From an uncultured Clostridia bacterium (GTDB taxonomy: Bacteria > Bacillota > Clostridia > Oscillospirales > Ruminococcaceae): a stretch of DNA of 64,000 nucleotides. The notes below the pieces were generated by a model. That model was not told where the DNA came from. It saw only the letters and a program-made list of their open reading frames with translations, and did not search any database. Position numbers and translations under genes: made by a program. Shown here piece after piece: positions 63,474-64,000 of this stretch; position 1 is the first letter of the stretch, and each line of letters begins with the position of its first letter. Location of the stretch: positions 1,977-65,976 of the forward strand of contig CANRFB010000006.1 of NCBI GenBank assembly GCA_947629785.1, given 5' to 3'.

Positions 63474-64000
63474 TCAGACTATTTCTCCGTCCTCTATACG
63501 GATAATTCTGTCGGCGGCGGAAGCTATCTCCGGATCGTGGGTAACAATAACAATTGTCTGCCCGTATTCGGAACGAAGTTTTTTCAGAAGCTCCATAACT
63601 TCATTCCCCGATTTTTTATCGAGATTTCCTGTGGGTTCATCGCAAAGAATTACTTTTGGCTTGTTTATAAGCGCGCGTGCAATTGCCGTTCTCTGCTGTT
63701 GTCCTCCCGAAAGCTGTGACGGATAGTGGGAAAGCCTTTCCGAAATTCCCAGAGAATTTACAAGTTCGGAAAAATATTTCCAGTCCGTTTTTATTTTTCC
63801 AATCATAAGCGGAATTAAAATATTTTCCTTTGCGGTAAGTTCAGGAATCAGATTGAAAAACTGAAATACAAACCCGATATTTTTCAGGCGAAACTCCGAT
63901 AATTTCAAGTCATTCATTTCCATGATATTTGTTTCATCATAGAAAATCTTTCCCGAAAGTTCTGTGTCAAGTCCGCCTAAAGCATGGAGGAGTGTGGATT
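63474..64000 (-). CDS. ABC transporter ATP-binding protein (MacB/LolD-like), 5' end outside the window
   Basis: The frame is open to the window edge. Q-loop FVFQFFNLIP, signature LSGGQQQR, Walker B ILCDEPTGNLD, H-loop VTHD. Confidence 0.85.
   Translation of the reverse strand, partial: STLLHALGGLDTELSGKIFYDETNIMEMNDLKLSEFRLKNIGFVFQFFNLIPELTAKENILIPLMIGKIKTDWKYFSELVNSLGISERLSHYPSQLSGGQQQRTAIARALINKPKVILCDEPTGNLDKKSGNEVMELLKKLRSEYGQTIVIVTHDPEIASAADRIIRIEDGEIV

Overview
This 64-kb window looks like chromosome from a spore-forming, anaerobic, plant-polysaccharide-degrading Firmicute (class Clostridia). That placement is inferred from gene content only: sigK, ytaF-like and SpoIIQ-like genes, rubredoxin plus flavodiiron protein, and GH43/GH51/GH94 enzymes. 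No rRNA, tRNA or CRISPR array was recognised.

Gene order:
- 1-7 kb: branched-chain amino acid cluster (ilvB 3' end, cimA, leuCDB), split by a divergent LysR regulator and a RelE/antitoxin pair.
- 7-8.3 kb: an unannotated 49-aa Cys-rich micro-protein and intact pro-sigK.
- 8.4-13.7 kb: pduL, then the str operon (rpsL-rpsG-fusA-tuf, minus strand).
- 13.8-27.8 kb: zinc-ribbon membrane protein, ytaF/mntP-like gene, birA, feoA, a degenerate-GGDEF/GAF hybrid histidine kinase with EamA, an acidic protein and RqcH, a chemoreceptor, an unannotated rubredoxin with a flavodiiron protein, and an M23 peptidase.
- 27.9-33.7 kb: transglutaminase-like membrane protein, GH43, an orphan antitoxin-like micro-ORF, hsp20 with a perfect CIRCE element, and cysK.
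- 33.8-43.8 kb: a visibly AT-richer block holding a BceRSAB-type peptide-antibiotic sensing/detoxification module and a 1659-aa Cna/SpaA-type adhesin.
- 43.8-48.8 kb: a heterodimeric ABC exporter pair whose first gene is split by an IS3-family element.
- 48.8-49.1 kb: a GC-rich hairpin cluster bracketed by a duplicated terminator.
- 49.2-64 kb: dehydratase-like, LUD, beta-lactamase-family, cdd, GH51, GH94, NYN-like, folC, mgtE and a partial ABC ATPase.

I found no clear multi-gene novel system. The items most worth follow-up are:
- the REPIN-like hairpin cluster;
- the heptad-repeat inverted repeat between mgtE and folC;
- the Cys-rich micro-protein next to sigK;
- the exactly reconstructable IS insertion;
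- the Bce operator and adhesin promoter half-sites;
- CIRCE upstream of hsp20.

All protein family calls come from motif recognition by eye. No database search was run.
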